From Sphaeroforma arctica JP610 (taxonomy: Eukaryota): a DNA stretch of 38,749 nt. Location of the stretch: the NCBI RefSeq assembly GCF_001186125.1, contig NW_014040552.1:59051-97799 (forward strand), given 5' to 3'. The translations under genes were made by a program, and so were the position numbers. Within the stretch, counting starts at the first letter, position 1, and each line of letters begins with the position of its first letter. Shown one piece after another: positions 1 through 9,961 of the stretch. The notes beneath the pieces were generated by a model. That model did not search any database. It saw only the letters and a list, made by a program, of their open reading frames with translations, and was not told the DNA's origin.

Positions 1-60
1 TACTATTACGTATAGTACGTACTAGTACGTAGTAGTACTAGTATACTAGTATAGATAGTA

Positions 61-114
61 TAATATATATATATATATATATATATAGTAGTAGTAGTAG
101 AGTAGAGAGAGAGA

Positions 115-198
<84 letters not shown>
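61..198. repeat. (TA)n microsatellite with noisy 5' flank
   Basis: Near-perfect TA run 116-198. Bases 1-115 are low-complexity TAG/TACG sequence. Confidence 0.95.
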
Positions 199-200
<2 letters not shown>

Positions 201-214
201 CGTTTCAATACTAC

Positions 215-880
215 ATTTATCGTATGCAACCAGGAGGATTTTTGTATCGTCCGGATATCCACATATGCTATTGGATCATAGACTGTAAGTCATTGAACCA
301 AGAGTCTGACTTCTTCAAGGATAGTGTTATGGTGGATTTCCTTTTGTTTAAATAAGCAAATCCCTTATCAACCGTCAAGGTGGGTTTGCCCATGCTTTGT
401 GTTACGCGAGATCAATCTCATTCAGAGACATAGTCGGTAGTTGTGCGTTATGTGACGCCGCAAACATAACTATGGTATGTTTGCCCAATCTTTCTTCAGC
501 TAGTCTGAGGAAGTGTGGACGTAGCTTCTAGCCGGTAGTTGTTAGCAAATTTATTTTTTTGTGAAAGCATATCAAACACGTCATCTTTAGGGTGATTCGA
601 ATACCTATAGTTCGGTAGTTGTATGTGTTTTGTAGCCCCGCAAACATATCTATGGCATTTTTGCCCCATCCTTCGTCAGCTTGTTTATAGAAGTTTGGGT
701 GTAGCTTCTAGTTGGTAGATAGTAGCTGTCAGTCAGTCTGTTGTTAAAGCATCTCAACCGCGTCACCCTAAGATTGTGCTCTATGTAACGCCGCAAACAG
801 TTATATGGTACGTTTGCCCCGTCTTTCTTCAGATAGTTGGAAGTAGTGTGGGTGTAGCTTTTAGTCGGTAGCTAGTAATT
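215..880 (-). pseudogene. Dam-like (DIRS MT-type) DNA N6-adenine methyltransferase domain, decayed, N-terminal module present three times
   Basis: One minus frame reads TD*KLHPHYFQLSEERRGKRTI*LFAALHRAQ / TN*KLHPNFYKQADEGWGKNAIDMFAGLQNT / TG*KLRPHFLRLAEERLGKHTIVMFAASHNAQLPTMSLNEIDLA*HKAWANPP*RLIRDLLI. NPP* lies at 386-375, and its TGA is one change from TGG (NPPW). TITLSLKKSDSWFNDL follows after a frameshift. Confidence 0.75.
430..880. repeat. Three diverged tandem copies, periods 180 and 153 bp
   Basis: Anchor CCGCAAACA at 458, 638 and 791. Both spacings are multiples of 3. Confidence 0.9.
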
Positions 881-3265
881 CTCGGACAGTCATTCAATGC
901 CTGGTATCAGACGTGAGAGTGTATACATGGTACATGTTCCATTGTAAAAGAGAACTGGCAGAGGCAATCACGCCATCTGCTTATCAGTTGTTTTTGCGGT
1001 ATCATATCGTTAAAGCATACCAAAGACTTTTGGTCACAAGGCACTTTAAAGTGCATGCCGATAGACTTTAAAGTGCTCCAAGAAAATAATTTGGCAAGAA
1101 GTTATTGCTTTACTTTGGGGTAGTTACGCTAATCGAGGCTTAATGTCTAATACTTAGTAGAGTACACCTCCCACAACATTGTCAGATGCGTCTTTGGCTA
1201 GCCTAGAACTATTCGGTTCGCTGGTCGTCGTATCACAGGTGTATACCATTCAGCGGTTTAACCTTTTTGAACACGTCTTTGCATTCGGCTGTCCATAAGT
1301 CATATATTGCATTCGGCTGTCCATAAGTCATATAGCTTGCCTTTGTGTAAAGGAAGTTGTTTTGATGTGCAGTCTTGTTACAGCTAACGTATGCTGCGTA
1401 CTTGGGGTTTAGAATCATGTATAGCTGTACAGAGCCCTAGGTTCGTCCCTTGATCGGAGGTTTCCACTGTTTCGAACACAGGCCGTCGTTCTCGTTGGAG
1501 TCGGTTTTTGACTCTATAGCATTGTTCCCAGACCGAGTGGTATTTGTTTACGCGTCGTCCGTGTAGGCTTTACAAACAAGTCCCATAATACGTTCGTCAG
1601 CTTTAGTGCTGATTCAAACTTTTGTTTCAGCCACTTATACCCAGTTATGTATGGTCGTTCTGTTTATCCAGTTAGAGATATTATGCATGCACACTATCTC
1701 TGACATGTGTCTGTATTTTTGAACTCATGATTCCCTACGAAGCCTATTTCGCTTTTTGGTCATGATAAGAATGTGTGTCTTTAAAATCACGGAGTAATCT
1801 CCGCTACATTCTAATATACTTGCGAGTGATGGAATTTGTGCGTCACCACTTACGAGCTGCTGTACTTGCTCAAAGGACTACTGAGTTTTGCCCCTTCGAG
1901 GAGTTCATATGTATTTCCGTTGGCATCTACAGTATTTTATGTAGCACTGAAGTACTCCTTTGAAGGCAGGCTCACAGTACTCCAGGCGTCTCCCATGAAT
2001 GATATCGAATTTGTACCCGTGTATATGTTCGTTAAATCTGTCTGGTTGTGTGACAGAGACGTAGTTAGTTCAGCCAAGACGCCTTTGTGTCCTTTTAGAT
2101 CTGTAGAACATGAACTAGTTCTAGTACTATCGCTACCAGTAGTTGCGGGCTTCGGGTCAGTATATTCTACAATTCTCATGGGCATATTGTAAACTTCGAT
2201 GTATATTACTATGTTTCGAACTATGTTAAATAAACTAAAATACAATTTAAGTCAGTTAGGATTTAGCAGTGGTAGCTTGTGTAAGAATGATCAGGGCTGC
2301 CTCTTGGTAAGAGCCTTAATATTCTCGATCACTCAGGACGTACCTCTAGCTGTTTCTTATTGAATTGTTTCCACTAGAAGTACTAAGTGTTCATGACCAC
2401 ATGCCTAAGTTGTAGATAGACATAAGAACGTAAGTCACGTTAATACATTAGCTAATATAAACAAAGTTCCATCTGAAGAAAAGTTAAAAAAGAAAAAGAC
2501 TTATTGGATTTTGGAGATTGACGGAAGACTGAAACCTGTAAGTAGTAGTTCAGAGATTATAAGAAATAGTTTATAATATTCTACATCTACTAACGTCTCA
2601 ATAGGTCCAAGTAAATGAGTCACACCAAATACTCAGGCCATTGGAGCCATCAAAGTGAATTTAGAACACTTTATAAATATTAGAAATAGAACTTGTATTA
2701 GAAATATTTTTAAAGATACAAATATAAACCAATGTGATATCTCATTTGATCTTGATATTTTAGACTGACCGGAGGCCGTATTTCTACTATATAATGAAGA
2801 TTCTCAAAGTTCACATTGTGTTCAGACGCGTATCTACATTTATTATATTGCTCTAGATACGCCTTGTTGTATTTTTTAGAACCAATTGTATTTTTCTCAG
2901 TTATTGCGTATTCTGAGTGGTACATTCATGTCGTGTATACGTCAAGCCTTGGTAAATGCACACTTGAGTCGTCGACTCTTATCGTAGACAATGGCGAATA
3001 CATTGGTTCACGACCGGAGTCAATAACCTCATCCATGGTGTATGGTATGTCATTCTTATGACCTATGTGATAGATCCTATTGCGGTAACGTCGTGGAGAC
3101 TTGTGATGACGTGGCGGTTGGCTACTGGAGCATTCTCGTTCATTGAAGTGAGAAGTGGAAATAGGTCACAGCTTCACACCAGTTGTTGTTACTTCTTCTC
3201 AGACATAAACTCTGTAGTATTTTGAATCTTCCCAAGCAGTCGTTTCAACAATCGAACACAGGAGT

Positions 3266-3425
3266 TTTTGGGCTACACCCAGGTTTTTAGAATCACAAAC
3301 ATAAACTTATTTACATTTATACAAACATACCAGAATATATTTAATAATATTAATATTATATCTATATATGACACCAAAATATAATAAAGACACTTCTTCA
3401 GAAATAAGATTTATACTGTCTTTTA
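3266..3425 (+). repeat. 5' LTR of Copia element (160 bp)
   Basis: Direct repeat of 8355-8544, running TTTTGGGCTACACCC...TATACTGTCTTTTA and containing AATAAA. Confidence 0.95.
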
Positions 3426-3436
3426 GGTTATGGGCC
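3426..3436 (+). promoter_or_regulatory. Primer-binding site, copia/Ty5-type (internal fragment of initiator tRNA-Met)
   Basis: GGTTATGGGCC abuts the 5' LTR and matches the GGTTATGGGCCC PBS known from Drosophila copia-type elements. Confidence 0.85.
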
Positions 3437-3463
3437 TATCTCCAGACAAATATTAACTCCACT

Positions 3464-4920
3464 ATGAACGAAGACACTACCACTACCGTAGTACCCCGCA
3501 GCCGTTGGACCCAACTATCCATAACTGGCGACAATCATGATGATTGGCTTGGCGACCTTCCTGTCGCAGCTTCGACAGCCGAACAGAACGCCCTTCCAGC
3601 TCTCGAATACATTCAAAAAGGCCAACCAATAACCCCCCCTGGCCAGATCCCTATCGTGTACCTTCCTGCCCAGGTGCACCTCCACACAACACAGTTCCGT
3701 ACCACGTCCACCGTAGATGATACCTATTCTCGCGCTCGTCAAAATCTTTTTGACTCCCTCTCTGATGAACTACGTCGCTCCCTTGACTCTGATGAACTAC
3801 TGTCCGACCCCTGGACCCTCCTACAGATCCTCCGGAACATGTACTTTCACAAGTCGGCCACATGTCGCACTTCCAATCAACCTTGCTTACTTGGAGACTT
3901 TCAAGATCCACGATGACGAGAACATGCGTTCATGGACTAACCGGCGCATCAAATTGAAACGTACTGCCGCCCGTCAAGGCAACATTCTCTCCTCGGCATT
4001 CATTCAAGATGCATTTCTCTCCGGACCCGACCAAGCAGCCCAAGATCAAGCTCGTCAATTTATGGTTACAAATGACCATACCAACATCACTCTACTTCAC
4101 ATCTGTGAGTGGATCGAGACATGGCAACAAACCGACCCCGCCTCCGCTGGCATCGAATCCGTCTCATTTGTTCGCCGCCCCCCCCACGTACTAAATTGTC
4201 CACTGCATCATATTCTGATCTTCTGAAACACATTGACACCCTCGAACGTATCGTCGCTAAAACTCGTCCACACAATCGTGATCGTGGAGCTGGTACCCCG
4301 CGCGACCCCCCACCATGTTTCGTCTGCTGGAAAACCACTCATTTCGCCGGTGACTGCCTTGTTGGTTGTGGTCGTTGTGGCAGCCCATCCCACCGTAACG
4401 CCACATGCGACGCAGGACCATTGGCACACAACCTTTGCACTATTAAGGGTCATTCTTCGAAGGTTTGTTTCAAACGTGTCGCAAATAAATCATCTACCAA
4501 TTATCCTGCCGTGATTTCCTGTATTTCTTTGCACATTGACTCTTCCCAAATGACCAATTCCTACTGATTGATGGCGGGGCTACCGTAAACTACCTCCACT
4601 CTACGGCTCGTCCATTACTTCACAACGTCGAACACGGTCAATTTCCACTCCTTTTAGCCGATGACTCTTTAACCCACGTCTCTGAACGAGGCATTCTCCC
4701 CGGACTGGGCCTTACTTATCTTAGCCCGTCCCTGTCTCAGCAAATAGTATCGCAAAATAGACTACAGGATAGCGGATACCGACTTGAATTTCCTAATAGC
4801 CGCCGTATTTGCACTATTCCCCACTCCGACTCTTCGACAACTATACCACGCACAAAAGGGGGTTATACTATCACATACGCGCGACTCAAAGCCCTAGTCG
4901 AGTCCCCACATCACACTAGA
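3464..4920 (+). pseudogene. Copia gag (three zinc knuckles) and aspartic protease, frameshifted
   Basis: ATG at 3464. Knuckles CFVCWKTTHFAGDC, CGRCGSPSHRNATC and degenerate HNLCTIKGHSSKVC. Protease LLIDGGATVNY starts at 4561 and is followed by LLLADDS...LSPSLSQQIVSQNRLQDSGYRLEF. Confidence 0.88.
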
Positions 4921-5170
4921 TTGCTCTACAATACAGTGACATCCACATCGACACGTGCCCCACATGCCGACCCTGTCGACTCAGCCCCTGAGGACTCCGA
5001 TGATGATGACATGCCTGGACTTCGTTCTGACACTGGTGATTTTTCTGACGAAGATGCCACGGACATCCCCCCCTCCTCCTCCGCTTTCTACTCCGTTACT
5101 CCCAATTGATACTCCCACCAATAAATCACCGCCCAATTTTCCAACCCAGGATATTCAACCACCAACCAAA

Positions 5171-6601
5171 ATGACGTACGATGAATATGATCGTAACAAC
5201 GGTCATCGGAGTAGAAAAACTACACTCCGCATGGCCCTCAAGGACAATGTGACACTGACACACCCCCCTCCTCCAGGTGTCACCACCGAGGATTGGATGC
5301 TCAACAAAAACGACTGGGCCTCAGCTATGACCCACCTTGATTTTACGCCGACCATCGATAGATGTGCATCTCAAACCAACTCACAACTACCGAGGTTTGC
5401 TGGCCCGGAAGGTGGTGAAGTCAATGACTTCCGTTAAGTAGATTTTATCGTCGAGAAATGTTACGGGAACCCTCGATGGACAGATATTTCCGACCTCATT
5501 CGTCTTAACATCTCAACGGGATCTACTATCGCTATCTGTGTCCCACTACGGCCTTACGCCAAGTGGTGGACCCTTTTTCTTTCACATTTACAAACACAAC
5601 CATACATAATTCGCAACAATGAGAACACATTCTTACGACATGGAACCACTCCGGTCGGCCGTCCTACCTGGCTTTACACTTTGGTGGCCAAAATCGGCCC
5701 CCTCTACTCTTCCGTCGCCCGTAATGCTGATCTCTGCTCAGCCATCGAATCCGTCCGCGCTAATACAGAATTTCCAAAACACTGTAGGATATGTATCGAG
5801 GGTAAATTTAAGCGAAAAACCAGTACAGCATGCCACATCAGACTCTATCTACGGACCGGCGGCCGATATGAAAACAAATACGCTCTAAACTTGATATGTG
5901 ACGGGACGAAATTTGGAATTCGCAGTAATTTACCTAACAAGAAGACCATTAGTAATGAAAAGCCCTTCTCGTCCAAATACCGTCTCACTATAAGCCCCGC
6001 CGGCTTATTGCTGGCGGGGACAGCGTGTTCCATTGCTTCTTGATCGCGGCATGGCACTCAATCGTACGCCTGCTCATACACCCCAACTTAACGGAAAAGT
6101 CGAGAGGGCGCATGATACACTTAATCAATTAACGCGCACATTACTTATCGATTCTAAACAGTCTCTTTCCTTGTGGAGCCTCGTTGAAGCTTTTGCTGAC
6201 CTTATTCGGAATGAGAATCTCGCCACTAATGAACTCCTACACTCCCCGGCGGACAAATGGCATCAGACCATCGTCCCCTGTTTTCCACGCTCCGCTATGG
6301 ATGCATTGTAGTTTTTAAAATTGAAGGGGCTCCTCTCAAGGGCAAACACAAGTATGAATCTCAGATCGGCCATGGTGTACTAATGGGCAGAGCACCCCAC
6401 TGTACACCGGATACGTGGCTTATACACAACCTCGCCACCCAGCGCCTGATTAATTCTCGGAATGTGAAATTTCTCTCTTATCACATCCCTCAGTGGGATG
6501 CCACAGGCAAGAAGGCTCGCCTCAGTACTAACCCTACAGGTTATAATATACTCGTTGCTTGGTACGAGCTCTTTTCTAATAGTGCGGCGCCACTCCCTTA
6601 A
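5171..6601 (+). pseudogene. Copia integrase remnant (split zinc finger, partial core, C-terminal region)
   Basis: YDRNNGH (5186-5206) ... CRICIEGKFKRK (5783-5818); KYALNLICDGTKF; RTPAHTPQLNGKVERAHDTL..LLIDS..SLW; YGCIV...GVLMG...SRNVKF. The DxGxE segment was not found and is probably deleted. Confidence 0.88.
5288..5695 (+). pseudogene. Dam-like (DIRS MT-type) DNA N6-adenine methyltransferase domain inside Copia pol
   Basis: Frame 2, with one internal TAA at 5435: EDWMLNKNDWASAMTHLDFTPTIDRCASQTNSQLPRFAG..NDFR*VDFIVEKCYGNPRWTDISDLIRL..STIAICVPLRPYAKWWTLF..FLRHGTTPVGRPTWLYTLVAKI. NPRW at 5468-5479 is one base (CGA vs CCA) from NPPW. Confidence 0.8.
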
Positions 6602-7279
6602 GTACCCCATTTACCACCCTTCGTTGGTAAATGGGGTACATAAGGGAGTGGGAATCACCGCCTCTCACTATTCTCCAGGCACCACGACCGACTCGTACTA
6701 CCTCACGCCCTGCTACGGCCACAGACCCGGCTCCTGACCCCACACCTGCCCCTGCTCCCGCCCCAAACCGTCTCTCTGCCCGTGAGGCTCTCGCCAACTC
6801 TATCGCCGCTGCTAAACAATCAATTGTCGATATTACTGACACCATTGCTACTTCTTTTCCCATTTCCCCCCATCTCAATTCTGATATTTCTCAGGAATCG
6901 ACGACTTACCCATCTTTAAACCCGGATTTCAACCGGTATATCACGGAGTACCAGACTCAACGTGAGATCGATGACATGTCCCTTGACGCCTCCCTTCCAA
7001 CCGTCTTGCATGATAGCCAACTCTCCACCTTTGCCCAACACTATTCCGATCGTGAATCAGTTACAGATACCGTCGACGACCCTCGCCAGGATTTTGGGTT
7101 TGAACCCAACTTAGCCGCATTTGCCCCCGAACCTTATGTTCCCAACTCCACCACCCATCATTCCGATGTTGAATTTGACTTTTCCGACGAATCTAGTACT
7201 CCAATTTGACTGACGTTACGTTCACTTTACACTACCACCTCCCCATGCTCGTTACGTGAAGCTACCGCCAACCTCGATC

Positions 7280-8332
7280 ACACTCTCCCCAAAAGTGTCA
7301 AGCAAGCACAAAGAACCCCCGAATGGCCTTTATGGCCTTAAACAAGCCGGCCGGCTATGTAATTTAGACATAGCCAAACGTTTCAAATCTATTGGTTTCC
7401 AACAAAGTGACGCGGACGAAAGCATCTAGTACCACTCAATCCATCACATAATTGTCGCACTTTATGTGGACGAAATTGTTCCCGCCGTGCAGTGGGACTC
7501 AGGCAAAGGAAAAGTGGTTATTTACTCATATTTCTAAATTTTACTCGATGAAAAACCTTGGCAGAGTTCGTCATTTGGTTGGCCTGCGGATCAAACAACA
7601 TATTGACCGCATCGAAATCGACCCACAGGCATACATAGACCACATGCTTGACTCGTTCCAACTGCATGACGCTATACCGAAACATACTCCAGGTACTACC
7701 CACCACCCTGCTGATTCCGACGCGGCCCCATACACCGGATGTGACTTCCATCAACATTTTGGTGCGCTCGGGTTTGCCGCCAATTTAACTCGCGTAGACA
7801 TTGCTGCTACGTTCAATCAGCTTGCCGCTTTCGCTACTAAGCCCATTACAGAACACATGATAGCCCTCTAACGCATTTTACAATACCTCAAGGCTACAAA
7901 GACATTCAAGATTACATACCGTCGCAAAACAGTCGGGTTTTAGGGTTTAGGGGGTTTTTTTTTTGGAAAAGTGCCAAGCAAAAGACTGTTGCAATTAGCT
8001 CCACAGAAGCGGAGTATGTTGCCGCCTCCGAAACCGTCTGCCACATTGCCGGGGCTTGCAACATTCTTCATGCCATGTGTCACACGTTTACACTACCTAC
8101 AACTCTACACTGCGATAACCAAAGCGCTATGAAGGTTGCACAAGGTACTGGCACCCCTAAAGGGTTGATACACACAGATATGCGCACACACTATATTGGA
8201 GATTGTGTTCGCAATAACATTATAGATATCATATACATCAACACTAGCGATAATCTTGCCGATCTCCTCACCAAGTCTCTCCCTCGACTTCAGCTTGAAT
8301 TTCTTCGTAATTCACTTATGTCACTTCACTGA
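7280..8332 (+). pseudogene. Copia reverse transcriptase (N-terminal part deleted) and RNase H
   Basis: PKSVKQA..PEW is joined directly to LYGLKQAGR (~7330); ALYVDE (~7457-7474); MKNLGRVRHLVGLRI; TRVDIA; KQKTVAISSTEAEYVAA; LHCDNQSA...NLADLLTKSL; stop at 8330-8332. Confidence 0.92.
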
Positions 8333-8354
8333 GATGTTTACGATTCAGGGAGGG

Positions 8355-8544
8355 TTTTGGGCTACACCCAGGGTTTTAGAATCACAAACATAATTTCTAT
8401 CGGTAAATTAAGTTTACAAAAACTTATTTACATTTATACAAACATACCAGAATATATTTAATATTACTACTATTATATATATATATATGACACCAAAATA
8501 TAATAAAGACACGTCTTCAGAAATAAGATTTATACTGTCTTTTA
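8355..8544 (+). repeat. 3' LTR of Copia element (190 bp)
   Basis: Follows the PPT. Matches the 5' LTR apart from a ~30 bp indel, AT-tract variation and a few substitutions. Confidence 0.95.
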
Positions 8545-8865
8545 GGAGTGGCTTTTTTTATCGTGTGATAAAAATTGCATAAATTTTACTTAGCCTAACC
8601 TGTGAGGAACGTAATGTAATAAATACAGTAGTTCAGCTACTTAAAAATGTGGTCGAAACCAAGCAACACTTAATAGAGGGTGTGAAGTCTGTGAAAATAA
8701 GTGAATTCAGTCAGAAGTGCCATTGAGAATGGCGCGCCTGCTATATTTATTAATCACGATTCTATGTGGAACGAGACTTTCTCTACCATCGGGGTATGTG
8801 GAAATACCAGTCTCTATGGTTTCGTATGAGTCATCACTTCTATCTCAATAAATTCGCTGTTCCAC

Positions 8866-8980
8866 TAGTCGGTCCGGTTCTTCAGCCAGGTCCTCTGGTC
8901 CGGTCCTAAAACCCCCTAGGTCCGGTCCTCTGGTCCGGTCATAAATTGCTCTCTCAGGTCCGATCCTCATGTATGGTCCT
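8866..8980. repeat. Cluster of GGTCC / GGTCCGGTCC motifs
   Basis: About ten GGTCC-like motifs in ~115 bp. GGTCCTCTGGTCCGGTC occurs twice. Confidence 0.6.
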
Positions 8981-9773
8981 AAATATCCACCTAGGGTACT
9001 TTGTCCACAAGCCCATGCAAGTTGCATGTTGTTACGATCGTGACAACGGTTCAATAAGTATTATCTCAGCTGTATTGTTGGTGGGTGCTTGTGTTGCATT
9101 AATATTAGACTTACGGATATCAAACGCTCTAGTCTCTTCCAATTTTGCTATGTATCGGTAGAGAGGTTCTACTTAGTGGTATCTGAAAGAGAATGTGACC
9201 ACCTACGCTGTGCTTCCAAAGTGTCATACTGTATATTATAGTGGAATACGTGATACAAGAACATGTTTCTTTCACGGTTGACAGAGATAGGCCCGTCTAG
9301 AGACAAAACAGTAGACTAAAATAGTAATAGTTACATAATTCAACAATTAAAAATAAATCGCTATGGTGAGATAGCGTCCGTACCCTGCTTATAAAGGTCA
9401 ACTTGAAAGATATCACCTTCAGGTTGTGTTAGTGACCTATATTCGAATACCTGTTTGATGTGTTTAGACGAAACCAACCAACTTAGTACTAAGTTGGTTG
9501 AGTAATTCATTTAGCTAATTTACTGCTAAAAGCTAGAACAGAGTTGTCACTCCAACTAGGAGTAAATATTAAAATAAACACTCGCACAATTACATGTATG
9601 CATTGTTTTCCCAAAATATCGAAACCATATATAGTACAATATTATTGAACTCCACAATCTTATGTTATCCCCAACTCATAGCGTCTAAACCACACATATC
9701 GCCACGAGTATGGTTATATTTTCTATCTGTAGCTGGCTTACAGAACAGGCCGAATCCACTTTTACGCACTGTC

Positions 9774-9961
9774 TATATTCCTAAATAATAATATTTACTG
9801 ATTATTCTATATCTTACGTTACATCTGTCTAACTTTCAAATCAAGCTCTACATGATTGCCTACAAATTATATTCCTAAATAATAATATGTACTGATTATT
9901 CTATATATCGCGTTATATCTGCAGAACTTTAGAAGCAATCTCTACATGATGGTCTCATAAT
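9774..9961. repeat. Diverged tandem duplication, period 94 bp
   Basis: TATATTCCTAAATAATAATAT.TACTGATTATTCTATAT starts at 9774 and at 9868, and similarity continues to CTCTACATGAT. Confidence 0.85.

Larger units (their letters stand above)
200..2330 (-). mobile_element. Degenerate Ty3/Gypsy-like retrotransposon pol remnant (RT - RNase H - methyltransferase)
   Basis: Minus-strand translation across stops and frameshifts gives an RT N-terminal IRM.(G)DY-like remnant (~1790-1815), connection motif LWTAECKDVFKKVK (~1255-1300), RNase H DASDNVVGGVLY (~1157-1192), LEHFKVY, LISRWRDCLCQFSFTMEHVP (~928-990) and TLSRL (~908-922). These are Gypsy-type motifs in the expected order. Boundaries are approximate; gag may extend to ~3150. 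Confidence 0.7.
3266..8544 (+). mobile_element. Ty1/Copia LTR retrotransposon, both LTRs and TSD present, internally deleted and frameshifted
   Basis: LTRs 3266-3425 and 8355-8544; TSD GGAGT at 3261-3265 and 8545-8549; PBS GGTTATGGGCC at 3426-3436; PPT AGGGAGGG at 8347-8354; domain order gag-PR-IN-RT-RH. Confidence 0.96.

Noticed and set aside
1..115. TACG/TAG-patterned sequence (also 22803-22875)
   Set aside because: Sits at contig or gap edges next to TA tracts and looks like low-quality read ends.
375..864. Trp-to-stop changes as evidence for a variant genetic code or targeted G-to-A hypermutation
   Set aside because: Host genes use TAA, TAG and TGA as normal stops, other stops and frameshifts are scattered through the element, and there are too few sites to call a signature without a consensus.
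7935..7966. Telomere-like TTTAGGG repeats inside the Copia (also 31159-31195, 30081-30092, ~38030-38085)
   Set aside because: Only 2-3 irregular units amid homopolymer runs. Cannot be distinguished from sequencing homopolymer noise without reads.
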